DNA of 61,677 nucleotides, filler included, from Choristocarpus tenellus KU-1152 (taxonomy: Eukaryota; Protista; Phaeophyceae): the NCBI GenBank assembly GCA_964200185.2. It is 11 parts of 11 records of this genome, joined end to end, with 100 filler letters (N's around TTAATTAATTAA, not from the genome) between each part and the next. Parts side by side here need not be neighbours in the genome. Positions count along the whole stretch, not along the records: positions 49,940 to 58,360 come from CAXNAD020004733.1; positions 58,461 to 61,677 come from CAXNAD020021467.1; 9 more parts are not named here. The stretch is one strand, 5' to 3'. Positions 50,030-61,677 of this stretch are shown here, piece by piece. The translations under genes were made by a program, and so were the position numbers. The notes beneath the pieces were generated by a model. That model did not search any database and was not told where the DNA came from. It saw only the letters and a program-made list of their open reading frames with translations. Numbering within the stretch: the first letter of the stretch is position 1; every line of letters starts with the position of its first letter.

Positions 50030-51480
50030 AGGCAGTGGGAGGGCAGGTTTGTTACGGCGCGCTCCAGAAGCTTACCTCCACAGGATGTATAGCTCCAATC
50101 TACAGGCCTATGGATGATATCGATGCATGTATAGGGCTCCTGATGGACAAGTCGTCAAGTATGGTGGATCTCTCACTTGGATTATCATCAATATCATCGT
50201 ATAAAAAGGAACTGGTCAACGATGTCTTATCACAATTGGGGACCATAATGGCCAAACAATAAATCAAATATAGTCAAGAAGTACAAATACATCAAATCTA
50301 GGACTTCAAGGTCATAATGGTGTTTATGAAACCTCCATCAAGACATATCGCCTGTAACAGGTTGGCTAGATCAGTCAAAGTAGACCGAGCAGCCTCTGCA
50401 GCAGCCCTGGAATGTTGGGTTGATGGTGTCAAATAAAGGCGAGATATAATTTTTTAATGTAAAATATTCCAAGGAATCCAACGCAAAGATCCGTTTTGTA
50501 ATCGGAGGTCATCCTGAAGCGCTACAACTTAATGGCCCAGACCTATGGGACAGGGGGAGAAATTGTTACTTCAAGATGGTACTTAACTATTCAAGGAACA
50601 TTATTGTCCTCAAGAAAACTACCTTAAATAACCAGATCAGAGGAGCAACGGGGAGTGGGACCCGCTGAGGTACACTTCATGCTGATAATGCGGGCCTTGT
50701 CTCCAAGACCCTAAGAGGTTTGGCCAGGATGATGACAGTAGTTGTGAAGGTGACCAGACTTTTCAGTTTGACTGTATTGGCATTGAGATGGAGACTATTT
50801 GTCGCCAACCTCTGAAACCATACAGATCCAGGCGCTGGACCAGTCCTACAAGTAGACTGATAAGTTTGTTTACATGAGGGAACCGTCGGTGACAACAACA
50901 TTATTACTCCTGAGATCAGCTGGAGGATTCAGAAAGCTTGGAATTGCCTTGGCAAATACAGCCAAGTTCTTTATGAAATACTCTCATGTGTCTCACACTA
51001 GACCTCAAGGTTTGAATGCTCTAAGCTGAAGTACTATTGAAATTCTCTTAAATGGTTGTCTGATGTGGACACTCTGCCCGACTCAGTTTCAGAAGTTCCA
51101 CTCACATCATCACAATTTCCTCCTTCGTTGCATAGGTTTCTGGAAACGGGTATACACCAAGCAGATCCTATCATGAAAATATATTTCCACAAGACTGGGT
51201 CTGAGAGTATCAAGGCAACGGTGCGCAAGTGGAGGCTCCTAATTGCTGCGTCAGTTGCTCGTGTGGGGGATGTGCATCTTCCCTATATTGATATTTGGGG
51301 AGTTTGTGAATGGAGAATGGAAGCAAGGTGGACAGGAGAAGGACTGGAGTACAAGTCTCCAAGACGACCTGGTCAAGTTTGGGATTGGAGGTGATGGTTG
51401 GAGTGCATGAGTCACCAAACCAACAGGAGTTGTATGAGTGTGTTGTGAATGGTGCGACAAGGTTGATGGCTGAATGGCAC
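50030..51480 (+). mobile_element. Degenerate RTE-like LINE, RT core and C-terminal part
   Basis: LHADNAGLVSKTLRGLARMMTVVV (YADD motif), TDKFVY, EISWRIQKAW, DLKV*ML*AEV, HHNFLLRCIGF and KTGSESIKATVRKWRLLIAASVAR. The 5' boundary is approximate. Confidence 0.9.
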
Positions 51481-51787
51481 TCCAAGGAAGTTGCAATAAC
51501 AACTGTAAGTCACACCAAAGCAGGAGCTAAGGTCGTTCAAGCTGCTGACACCACCACCATCACTGTTATCTACAAAATACTACTTTCTTGATGCCTTATT
51601 ATATTGTGGATGCTCTTTGTTCTTCTTTTTTAACTTCCCTTTATGTTTTTTGGCGCTTTTTCTTTTTGGGTTATATACTTCCTTTTCATTATTTTTTCTC
51701 TTCTTTTTTCTTTTGAATCTTTTTCTTGAAGGAATGCGATAATGATAGAAGTGGTACTATTAATACTATCAGTACATTCCTATCCGT

Positions 51788-51913
51788 CACTACACAAGTG
51801 TCTCTGTTGAGACTTGCCATGCGTTTCAAGCTAGAGACACCAGGTAGGTTTGCAAGTAGGGGCCTGTCTGATTCTTGTGATGCTTCCCTAGCTCCTCGCC
51901 CACTTGTGTAGGG
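51788..51913. mobile_element. Possible tiny CACTA-like non-autonomous element
   Basis: CACTACACAAGTG ... CACTTGTGTAGGG inverted ends; no clear TSD. Confidence 0.3.
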
Positions 51914-54900
51914 CTATAAGCTAGGTTAGATGCATAGCAGCAGCGTGTACATTACATTGTAATGACCAACGTTTAAGAGAGTGTTGTAGTATAGCTAGTA
52001 TTCAAATAACAGCAGATTTCAAAAATTGAGGATGGAGCTTTTCATTGAGGATGGGCTTGACCCAAAATTTGACTGGGAGAAAGTATCGATATGTTTTTTT
52101 TGTAATGTACATTTACGGCAACTTTTACTTTTGAAGGGGTCTTGTGATATTGGTTTTGTTTTTTTACCTGACACATACACAAAATGTTAGAGGGCCTAGT
52201 AATACATAAAAGTTTCTTTTATTTTCTCTCCTTTTCCATTATTTTCTCCTTCCACATAACCTTTTCATTATTATTGTGTAAAAACCATTCTTGTACCTTC
52301 AATGAAGGTAATGCCTACCTCCATATATTTCGCTGGTTCGAATTCCTTCGATGCCAGACTTCTTTCCACGAAAATCTGGATTCGACTGTACTATTTCCAT
52401 GCGTCAAGCACAACAGATTGTGCACCTACCTGTACTATTTATATCTACCCTGTCTATCCTATACAATAAAAAGGGACTAAGAAGAAGGTGAAAAACCTAG
52501 GGGGTGTCCAGAAGATCCGAGGGAGGATGGTTGAACCCAATATGGGAGAAAACGCAGGCTTTATGGTTAGAGGTCAAGTCGTAAGTCACCATTGATAGAG
52601 CGCGAAATGTAGTGCCTCTGACCATAGATCAGGATAATCCTTGACTAATGTGTGACAAAAAATAAATACTATTATAAGAGCAGGTATATATTAGCAATTG
52701 CCTTTTCTTACATTCAGCCATGAGTCATGGTTCTGTGTCGAAAAATTGAGCAATATTCTAATTATTGTTTCGACGAGCATTTTTGAAATATAGTAACGGG
52801 TAGAACATATATATATATATATATATTGATATTATGTTGCTCACCGTTTGTCTGGAACTTCTCTGCTATACCTCCACCTTATCTATATTAGCCCCCTGAC
52901 CCATGTTCAGATGGCAGCGTACACTTGCAATATTTCGCCTACCCTACGAACTGCCTATTGCACTGCAACTAAATGTGCTGCCCTTTACGTGTATTGGTAA
53001 TTTTCTCGTGCGTTCGCTTCAGCTCTCATCCCACAGCTCATCGCCTCCGCCTCCTCCCTTAAACCTGGTGCGAACTCCTTCCGCCCACAAAGACCTTTCC
53101 TTAGACGATACAGATCTTTCTGCCAGTCCCTTTTTTGTGTGGTTCAGCTCAAGATATCAAGATAAGGTATAGGTTTACCCTCCCGATGCACTTGCCAAAT
53201 GGTCCTCCAAAGTCGAATTTCTTCTTAAGGAACTCTGAACTCTGCAACCAGGTTCTAACCCAGGCACTCCTGTGACAAGAGTGCGGCTGAAAAACAACCC
53301 ACGCTATGTGGATACACTCATTAGTGTGAAGACTAACAAAAATAATATAGGAGCTCTTTCCAATGCACCTTCTGCTTCCTACAGGGAAAGGGGACGCTAC
53401 TCCTCCTGGATATGGCCTTCACTGAGGTACAAGTGGGCAGCCATCCATCTCCTCTGCCCATCAAACAACAATAGTGTCACTGCTACTGCAGCAGAGGGTT
53501 GTAAGTGTTACCACTACTAGGGATCTTCTTCGACCCTACCTCATAGTTTTAACCTCAATATCTTCTTGGTTGAAAGCTTCAAGCGTCTGCACACAGACAC
53601 AGCTATTTCTTGATGAGGTAGCAACTAGTGTCGTAGATGGGGGGGCGAGGGTTTAATCAAAAATTGACCTATAAAATCATTTATAAGAACGATTATTTCT
53701 GTCACTCCTCAAGTGGATATCCCATAAGAGTTATGACATTTAAATTATAGAGACCAGGTCAATGGGTCAGGAAGCGTTTGCGAGATTCATGCGAATCTTC
53801 TCCTAGTTCTTGCCCGTTATTATAGAGTCAGTTTAGGAGTGTTGCTTTTTATTGTTTTCATGCCCAAAATGTTTTATACAACTTGGTGTACCTAATATAA
53901 TAGTGGTGGCAGTCCTTTCCATGTATTCCTTCCACGATCTTTCCTCTTCTCCACTTTCTGTTAGTGTGATAGCCATCTTTCAACTTAGGTATACATTAAA
54001 GATGACTACTTTGACTATATACTTCAAGGTCTGTTGCTCATACGACATCTGCTTTTGCATGTTGAATGTTGACATTTGCTTGAAGTAAATAGCGGGTAGT
54101 TTGAGAGGACCTTGCAAACCCCCCTCATTCACTTTTTGTTTGTTCATTCTTTCTTAAGTGATCTTCTGAGGGATTGTTCTCCCTCCTGCCTTGTCTCTCT
54201 CTATTTCCTTCCTCCTGTGGGTCTTATCGCTCCCCTTCAGTCTGAAGAACCTGTTGGGCTGTTTCCATCTGTTTCACAGTGGCGACGACGGCAATCATTC
54301 TGAAGTGGGAAAGTACATTAATAGTACTTTGGGGGAAAATCCTAGTATATTACCCTGTACTTTGAGCACCACACTCACCCTATGTATATGTAGCACATCA
54401 CTTCGACTGGCTGGCATATAGTTATCAAGAGCACACAACTTTTGATTGTTTTACACTAAATTGTACTATCCTCTTGATATTTCTTGTTTTCGTATAACGT
54501 GTTATTTAGAACAATACATAACAAAACATAGATGAACATTTTTCACCAAGCGTTACTTCCTTAGGGATTTTTCAGACATCTGAATAGTTTTCATTAGTTT
54601 TCCCCTGGGATTTATCTAAAATGTCAAAATCATGATATATTCATAGATAATAGAAGTGTGATACTACTAGTATTCAATGTCTATGTTGAACAATAATATT
54701 AAGCAGCATAGAAAATTATATAATGAAATATTATTTGATCACCAAAATGCAAAATCGGAAGGGATAAAATGGATGAAAAACATCAATTCAGTCTTTTCAT
54801 TGGTCAAACATTTTGAATTTCCAGATATTCAATCAATAGTGAAAACTGACTTACTTCTGCTACTATTACTACTATACTCTTTTGTTCTGTTGTGATTTCT

Positions 54901-55079
54901 TTTCAAACGAACAACAATAGTACCATATTTTAAATTTTACAACAATAGACATAAACAATAGTAGGAGCAATTGAGATAAGGACTGGAAACGATATCGTGT
55001 ACCTGAAATCGTTACTTGTAGGAACTTGATAGAGTACAATCACATTAACCGAGAACTAATCACCATTACTAAGGGCAAA

Positions 55080-55400
55080 CGAAAGGGGATTTCGGTTCCA
55101 AGTAAAGCGCCTTCTTGGCTAGATGTCGCTGCCAATGAAGCCATGGAAGGCTGCTCTGGGATGGTGTGTGGGAGTTGCAATGGTTGGGCTTGCTCGTGGC
55201 GAGCTTTACGTCTACAATGCAATGGAGCTTATGGTGAGCACCAACTCCATAATTCTGTGGTAATTGATTATCGAGATTGGGTTGCCTTCGAGTACTCACG
55301 GACGAATAAACAAGGATTGCAATAGGAATAGGAATGCATGGGTTAAAATTGGGTCAGTTGGTAGACCTTGCAAACTCACCCTCCTTCGTTGACTCTAGTA
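55080..55400 (+). pseudogene. Possible DIRS/Ngaro-type tyrosine-recombinase C-terminal remnant
   Basis: Fragments AALGMV, VAMVGLARGE and WVAFEYSRTN loosely follow the YR C-terminal pattern (GLxPxEYALHSLR...RWxSxAFxxYVRxN). A short GACCTTGCAAAC repeat is shared with ~54107. Confidence 0.3.
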
Positions 55401-57280
55401 CTGGGAAGCAATTTTCTCGGTTTTCTTTGTACATATTCATGGGTCGCTCAACGGGTTTGGTTCCTCCAACAAAGATATCACCTTAGAACAACTGCTATAC
55501 AAGGTGAACGTTAGGGCAGGGAATCAGATTTGGGAAAGGTGAAAGCTGGTAGCATAAGAGTTGAGACCATCGATCCTCGCCATTGAGACTGCGTTGAAGC
55601 GTGGTCATAACCCAGACGGACACAGCCGCACCTGGCTTTTCTGATGGTGAAATTTATTGTTCAGCACATTTTCCATATCCTTCTACCCGTCTTTACCTCC
55701 CAAAGGTGAACACTGTCGGTCCCTTGTATTTCTTGCTTTTTGTCCGCACAACACAACAAGTACATTGCAAGATTTGATCTATTGATTGAATGCCCGAAAC
55801 CGATACTGTTATGGCTTGGTACGGTAGAACAGTAAACTCGTTACAACTTACCTCGTGGTTCTCATGGTGCTAACGCTGGAAGGTATTGTGGGGCAGAGAT
55901 AAAAGGCCATTCCCCTGCCCCCATACCTTCAGTCCGTAACTACAACAGTGGAAACGATGTCACAGCGAGACAGCCCCAGTTTGCAACTCCAGAGTACCAT
56001 GTGATGCACTTTGCACTGCCTTCGCTCCCTCTTCCACCTCGACTTGGACCTAAAATACATCAACCCTCCTCCTTACTTACCCATATGCAACCCCACCCCA
56101 GTGGTAGCATCCTTACCCGAAACCTCTCCAAATCCCACCACCACCTCCTAGTGTCATCCCATCTTATAAACTCCAACTACCCACCATAGCTACATCGACA
56201 TCATCGGTAATTCTCCAGTCCGTATGTTTGATATCATTCGAATCTCCAGCAACACTCCACTTTGCGAAACAATATCCGTAACCTTGCGCTAGCAGTCCCA
56301 GCAACAGTCACCCCTATCTATGCATTGGTATATTTCATTTATCCCTACCTTAATGTTGTATAGACACAACTATGCAACAGTATCAGTGAATATATGTTTG
56401 ATCTAACCCGAGCCCCACAACAGCCCAAGTACCTTACTGATCGACAAATGACTTGCTGAGTGTCTGTTACCATTTTGGTAACATGGTAGTAGAATTTCAT
56501 TGGAGCAGCTCAAGCCCTATACCAAGCAAAGCATATGCCACTCTTGATGTATGCATCAACTCACGGCATTGATGTCTAATTTTCAAACACGTTTTTTTGC
56601 AATTATAAGAGCTATTCCTAAACACTACGATACAAATATATGCTTAGTACTAGGAATTAGTAGAATGACCCCCTCGCTAAAATAATGCATACACCAGAGA
56701 GAAGCGTGCCCTAAAGCAGCATTCATGCAAGGTATTGTTGTTGTGGAGACCGTATGGACCCCATAGACTTGGGATACAGCTGGCTCCTGTGCGGTTCCAG
56801 TGTTGACGTTATTGCAAACTCTTCACTTCCCCAAAATGAGACAAAATCACTGATTTTTTAGGGTGTGCTGCAGTGGCCAAGGCCCGTATCGTTGTGTAGG
56901 GATTAGTTTTGATTTCTTGGGGAAGGGGCATAATGTGAATGATTTTTGTTTCAGTTGGTCGGTTGATCACATTCTGAGGTTTGTTCATACATTCCGAGTT
57001 GTGTATACACAATCTGAACTTGAACTGGCTTTCTGGTAGATGATTATGCTCTCATGTGGTTGATCGCCTTTTGGCCACGTTTACTCAAGTCTTTGTACGT
57101 AAGATCTGGACTTGGGTTGGCCTGCTGGTACATGGTTCTCCTGCAACGCTCTTATGTAACGCCCCATTGAGGACGGGTAGAAGCAATGAGGTTGACCTGT
57201 CTGAGCTAGGGAGATTCCACTCTCTCCGTGTTGATATGTAGTTGGAATGGTGTCTTTTTTTGAAGGAACGATATTCATCT

Positions 57281-57846
57281 TGCGCTGCAGTGTTGAGAGG
57301 TACGAGCGTTTCATGCTGCCACTAATACTAACTATTGCTCTTCAGTATTGAGGTAAGAGCGTTTCATGCTGCCACTAATACTAACTATTGCTCTTCAGTA
57401 TTGAGGTAAGAGCGTTTCATGCTGCCACTAATACTAACTATTGCTCTTCAGTATTGAGGTAAGAGCGTTTCATACTACCACTAATACTAACTATTACTCT
57501 TCAGTATTGAGGTAAGAGCGTTTCATACTACCACTAATACTAACTATTGCTCTTCAGTATTGAGGTAAGAGCGTATCACACTACCACTAATACTAACTAT
57601 TGCTCTTCAGTATTGAGGTAAGAGCGTTTCATACTACCACTAATACTAACTATTGCTCTTCAGTATTGAGGTAAGAGCGTTTCACTCTACACTAACTATT
57701 GCTCTGCAGTATTGAGGTAAGAGCGTATCACACTACCACTAACTAACAATTGCTCTGCAGTATTGAGGTAAGAGCATTTCACACTATGCTAACAAACTGT
57801 TGCTCTTCAGTATTGAGGTACGAGCGCTTCAGACTGCCGCTAACTA
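57281..57846 (+). repeat. 53-bp minisatellite, ~10.5 units (last three shortened)
   Basis: Unit GTAAGAGCGTTTCATRCTRCCACTAATACTAACTATTGCTCTTCAGTATTGAG. TATTGAG starts at 57346, 57399, 57452, 57505, 57558, 57611, 57664, 57710, 57761 and 57811. Confidence 0.97.
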
Positions 57847-58655
57847 TCTTGTGCACCTTACGAAACCTGCAATACCCTGCACTCTGTGCGATAATGATGG
57901 GTCCTTTTTCCATTTCTTCTTGTTGTATTACAAGTGTGGCAACCATTGTTATTTCTACGCCCCCCGTACCGCCCCCTTTCCCATTTTTGTGATGTGTACC
58001 ACGTACCCTGTCCAACATACTTCCAACAGTACCCCAGGCTGATATACCGTGAGTCAGGCATGTTTGCTCCCGGAGGTGCCCTGCGGTGGGGGTGGGGACA
58101 GGCTGCTGGGTCGAGCTACATTGACCTCTCTGGCCTGGAGTTTCGAGTTGTGAGTTTTTTTTTTTTACCCCGTGAAAAAGAAAGAAGTTATTGGTTGTCC
58201 TCTGTTTGGCACCGGTCGGTCGGTCAGTCGTAACAGTCTTGTGCGTGTGTGCTGAGGGGGGAAAAAAAAAGAAGTAAAATAAGAGTTAGAATGGATTGGT
58301 GCTGAAAGGAGGAGAGCACGTGTAGGAAGTCTGCTTTCTTCTTTTTTTTTTTTTTTTTTTNNNNNNNNNNNNNNNNNNNNNNNNNNNNNNNNNNNNNNNN
58401 NNNNTTAATTAATTAANNNNNNNNNNNNNNNNNNNNNNNNNNNNNNNNNNNNNNNNNNNNTGAGGGCGTGGTGATCCGCATCAGCCTTCTATTAGCATCA
58501 TCCACCATTTTTCTACAGCCAAAGAGTTAAATGAAGTCTGCAAACTGCTAAGTAGATACTTCAATCATAAAATTTATTATTCTGCAACTTACAGGAATTG
58601 ACATCTATGCTGTAAGATTATGTATGCATTTCACATCTTACTCTGCATCTCCTAT

Positions 58656-58817
58656 CAAATCATCATTTATTCTGTAAGGCTACCTATGTGTTACTAGTAT
58701 CGTATATTGTTCGCACTTGTTAGAACGCAAGAAACAATGATCACACTATAGGTCTGTCACAAATGTTCGTGTTTGCTAAAACATGTGAAGAAATGCTCGC
58801 GCTATTCGCCTGTAACA
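58656..58817 (-). mobile_element. LTR-like repeat family D, terminal ~160 bp
   Basis: Aligns with 38340-38501 and ends GCTATTCGCCTGTAACA. Confidence 0.8.
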
Positions 58818-60219
58818 TAGCATCAGGATCGCAATTTAATTCGTGGATGGAAAAGGGATCTCTCAGTTTCAAGCAGCTCTTTGTGGCTTCCATTGTTGCC
58901 CACATTACTGTATTGAGAGCAACCTCTACTACATCATCATAAGTTATATGTGTGCATTACAGAGTTTCATTCGTATGCAATAATCATTAAAACGTTGACA
59001 AGATAGAGTATCATCTTTCGGGAGTTTTTTTTGTGACAGGGCTTGGGACCACGTTATTGATAGGTACGTAACAAGTTTCCCCTGTAAACACTGCTGTGCT
59101 ATGGTGCAAGCAGCAACCTATCATCCGCATACTGTTTGCACATACTGCTCTCGCATCAGCTCATTTGCAGGCACTTGCTGTCTCTTTCTTTACTGTGTAC
59201 GAACTAACCAGTAATCATCAAGGTATGTACCCAAGAATACACGCCCTGCCAGAGGAGGGTTCGTTACTACATCAACCCTAGAGCTTTAATTCCACGTCCA
59301 ATTTGACACTGGAGCAGCAAGTGGCCAACTACCCACCACCCACACAACACGCATGTAGTGTACACCAGGAGTGAGATTGCTGCCCCGGTCGTCCAGCTTC
59401 CGCACAGACTTCTCCCTGAAGATATGGAAGGATGACTTGTTCCAGATGGATATGATTGCAGCACAATCGCCCATCCTTATTCACGATAAGCAACCAAGTT
59501 TGAAGAATATTCGAAGCCCCCAAAATAACCAGCCCTTTGTGTTTGCAGCCAAGTTAAACAAAAATGAAGATCCACACATATCGTTATTTAAAAACGATGA
59601 CACAACAAACGACACGAAGACACAATTATTACAATATTCTGTTTTGTACAGGCACCACTCATCGCACAGCACTCCTACCATAACCTCTATTAAAATGTAA
59701 CTGATTTGTTTTCTTCCCAAACTCTACTGGAAGGGGGGGTGGTCTGTGCCTACCTGGTGTGCAAACTTTAGTGATTGAGCTAATAAACATGGACTTGTTG
59801 CTGTGGGGTGCATCAGTAAATCTGACCTTCAAAGTGGATAACAGGGAAATCATAGGTATTGATGAGGGCAGGGCGTCACAGGCGAGGGTCAGTCAGGTAG
59901 CTAAAAGGGAAACTTTATGAAGTAATCTGATTTTTGTGGGCGGAAGAATTCTGGCTGGTTGGAGTCACAGGGCAAGGAAGATGGAAGGAAATAAAAAAAA
60001 ATTATCAAGGAGAGAATGAAGAGTTATATATTGAGTGGTTAAGAAAATAGGTGGCAGGTGGAGGCACATGTTTAGAAGGAATGGACAATATTGAATCGAT
60101 GAGGAAACCTGAGGCTGGGGTAGCAGGATGAGGAGGGCTAGATCAAGAGGATCCCCGAGCAAGCTTTCCCGCCCACCTGCCCTGTTGCTTGCTCACGACC
60201 GACTTGGATCTTAGGGCGG

Positions 60220-60612
60220 GAAGGGGAGGTCAAGTTCAGGCGGGGTAGATGTCTCCTAGCTCAAGGGCACGGTATGAAGGGGATGATGAAGGAGGATTCT
60301 TGGATGACTGTGGAGTGGTATTGAGTGGTGTGAGGTTGAGAGGTGTTCAATGGTGCGGTGGAGTGGTAACGGGTGTGGGGTTGAGTGGGGTTGAATAGGG
60401 TTGAAAGGGGTGGTAGAGATCGGAAATCAGTGGCGAAATGGGTTCGCCCTGGTTGGTCAACAGAGGTGGACAGTGGCTGGAATTCAGTGGCGAAGAAGAG
60501 GTCGCACTGGTTGGTCACAAGGGTTGTTAGAATGTGGGGAGAAAAGGGAATATAGGGAGGAATGCAAACATAGAATAAAATAATAATAATCCAGAATTCG
60601 TGAGCAAAACAA
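60220..60612 (-). mobile_element. LTR-like repeat family D, body segment
   Basis: GGGGAGGTCAAGTT..GGGGTAGATGTC..AATAATAATCCAGAATTCGT(G/A)AGCAAAAC is shared with 38041-38345. Confidence 0.8.
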
Positions 60613-61677
60613 AATAGTTTATTACATTTCTGTGTCAACCATCCCTTCAACAATATTCAACGAAACATTGTTGGAATACAGGTAGAAGATAGGACTGAAG
60701 TTGTGTATCTGATGAACTTCCAAATACTCACCACCTCGCGTATGCTGGTATGCAAATACTACTATAATAACACCACTCTTAACGGAATTTTAGTAAGTAG
60801 GCATATAACGATCTGTCTCAGGCGCTAGTTTAGCTAGAGGTACTCTGAAAACACTATGATATTAGCTCGAAAAGCGTGTTCTAGTACGACCATGACGATG
60901 TGTAAACTTATGTACAAAAATATTGTCTAAGTAATACATGAAGTCGTACTGTAGACTTAGGTGTCAATACATAAGAGCAAGTCATGTTTGCCTATCAGAT
61001 TGTATCAACTACCGCATGAAAGACCTCTCCATTCTGATCCGCACTAAGGTTGTGCTGTGGACAGGCTAGTGGCAATGAAATTTCCAACAGGACCTCCTCT
61101 TCACGACAACCCCCCCAAAACTCTGATTCGTCCTGTGGGAGGATATAATTTTATCCTGTATACTACCTCTGTTGACAGTATAGTTTTTAGCTGATGTATG
61201 CTTGTCGCTATGGTTCTAAGTGGTGTTGATACAGATATAGAGTATAGATCAAAAGTATAAGGAGAAAAACAAGATTTACATCAATTCAAACTCTAGTGTA
61301 GTGTTGTGAACCGTGACATTTTTTTTTTCAGTTGAATTGATTAAGAGTAAGTGACAACTGACAACCAAACTGAAAAGTTCGGTTATTCAGTTATTTCTAT
61401 TTTTTCAAGTAGAAGTATAATTGAACGTGCAGAGAACAGACAATCACTTAAACTAAAGCATTGGTCATTAAGTCTCACTACTCATAACTCACTACAAATT
61501 CGTGACTTCAAATTTGCCTGAGACATTTGGAGGCTTTGGGTCTGAAGAGTTTGAGGGTTCACGCGCTGGACGTGCCTCAAAAATGCGGAATGTGATGACG
61601 AGGGAGACAAGGTCGTGTTAAAGTATCCCCAAAATCATCAAAGAACATAAAGGTGATAAACCTGGCGAGATTGCTTG

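Larger units (their letters stand above)
4097..58460. other. Ten artificial contig linkers (44 N + TTAATTAATTAA + 44 N) at 4097-4196, 9126-9225, 21730-21829, 30486-30585, 35145-35244, 37941-38040, 41995-42094, 46030-46129, 49840-49939 and 58361-58460
   Basis: Identical 100-bp spacers; the palindromic 12-mer gives stop codons in all six frames, as expected for concatenated contigs. Confidence 0.98.

Noticed and set aside
57281-57846. CRISPR array
   Set aside because: Units are wholly repeated with no unique spacers, there are no cas genes, and the context is eukaryotic.
59363-59476. Exon candidate on the minus strand (MGDCAAIISIWNKSSF..)
   Set aside because: Weak splice sites and ambiguous frame.
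1-61677. Fanzor/TnpB, Cas, rRNA or giant-virus hallmark genes
   Set aside because: No RuvC/zinc-finger motif set, rRNA similarity or capsid/polymerase motifs were seen by eye; a profile search could still find decayed remnants.

Overview
Eukaryotic nuclear DNA, not prokaryotic. The window holds 11 short contigs (two partial) joined by ten artificial 100-bp linkers (44 N + TTAATTAATTAA + 44 N), plus one 10-N scaffold gap, so no synteny can be inferred across linkers. TTAGGG-type repeats, long GT-AG/GC-AG introns and the style of the Copia and RTE-like LINE remnants suggest a brown alga or related ochrophyte (inference). Most of the sequence is decayed transposon material: two related TIR MITE families (G..(C/G)AAAGTATC ends, 4-bp TSDs in some copies), two internally deleted Ty1/copia elements, a Gypsy integrase fragment, two RTE-like LINE fragments and other repeats. 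Most short ORFs in the supplied track are spurious. Two multi-exon genes can be rebuilt by hand with phase-compatible splice junctions. The first (10669-16295, +) is a coiled-coil protein with a repeated RPGWEARWG motif, and one of its introns holds a ~700-nt foldback. The second (42207-46029, +) has a PHD-like zinc finger followed by a segment resembling a beta-class DNA amino-methyltransferase fold. Other notable structures are a 53-bp minisatellite made of splice signals around 7-nt micro-exons, telomeric repeats inserted into both TIRs of one MITE, and CpG decay in the transposon remnants. All homology calls were made by eye, without database searches.
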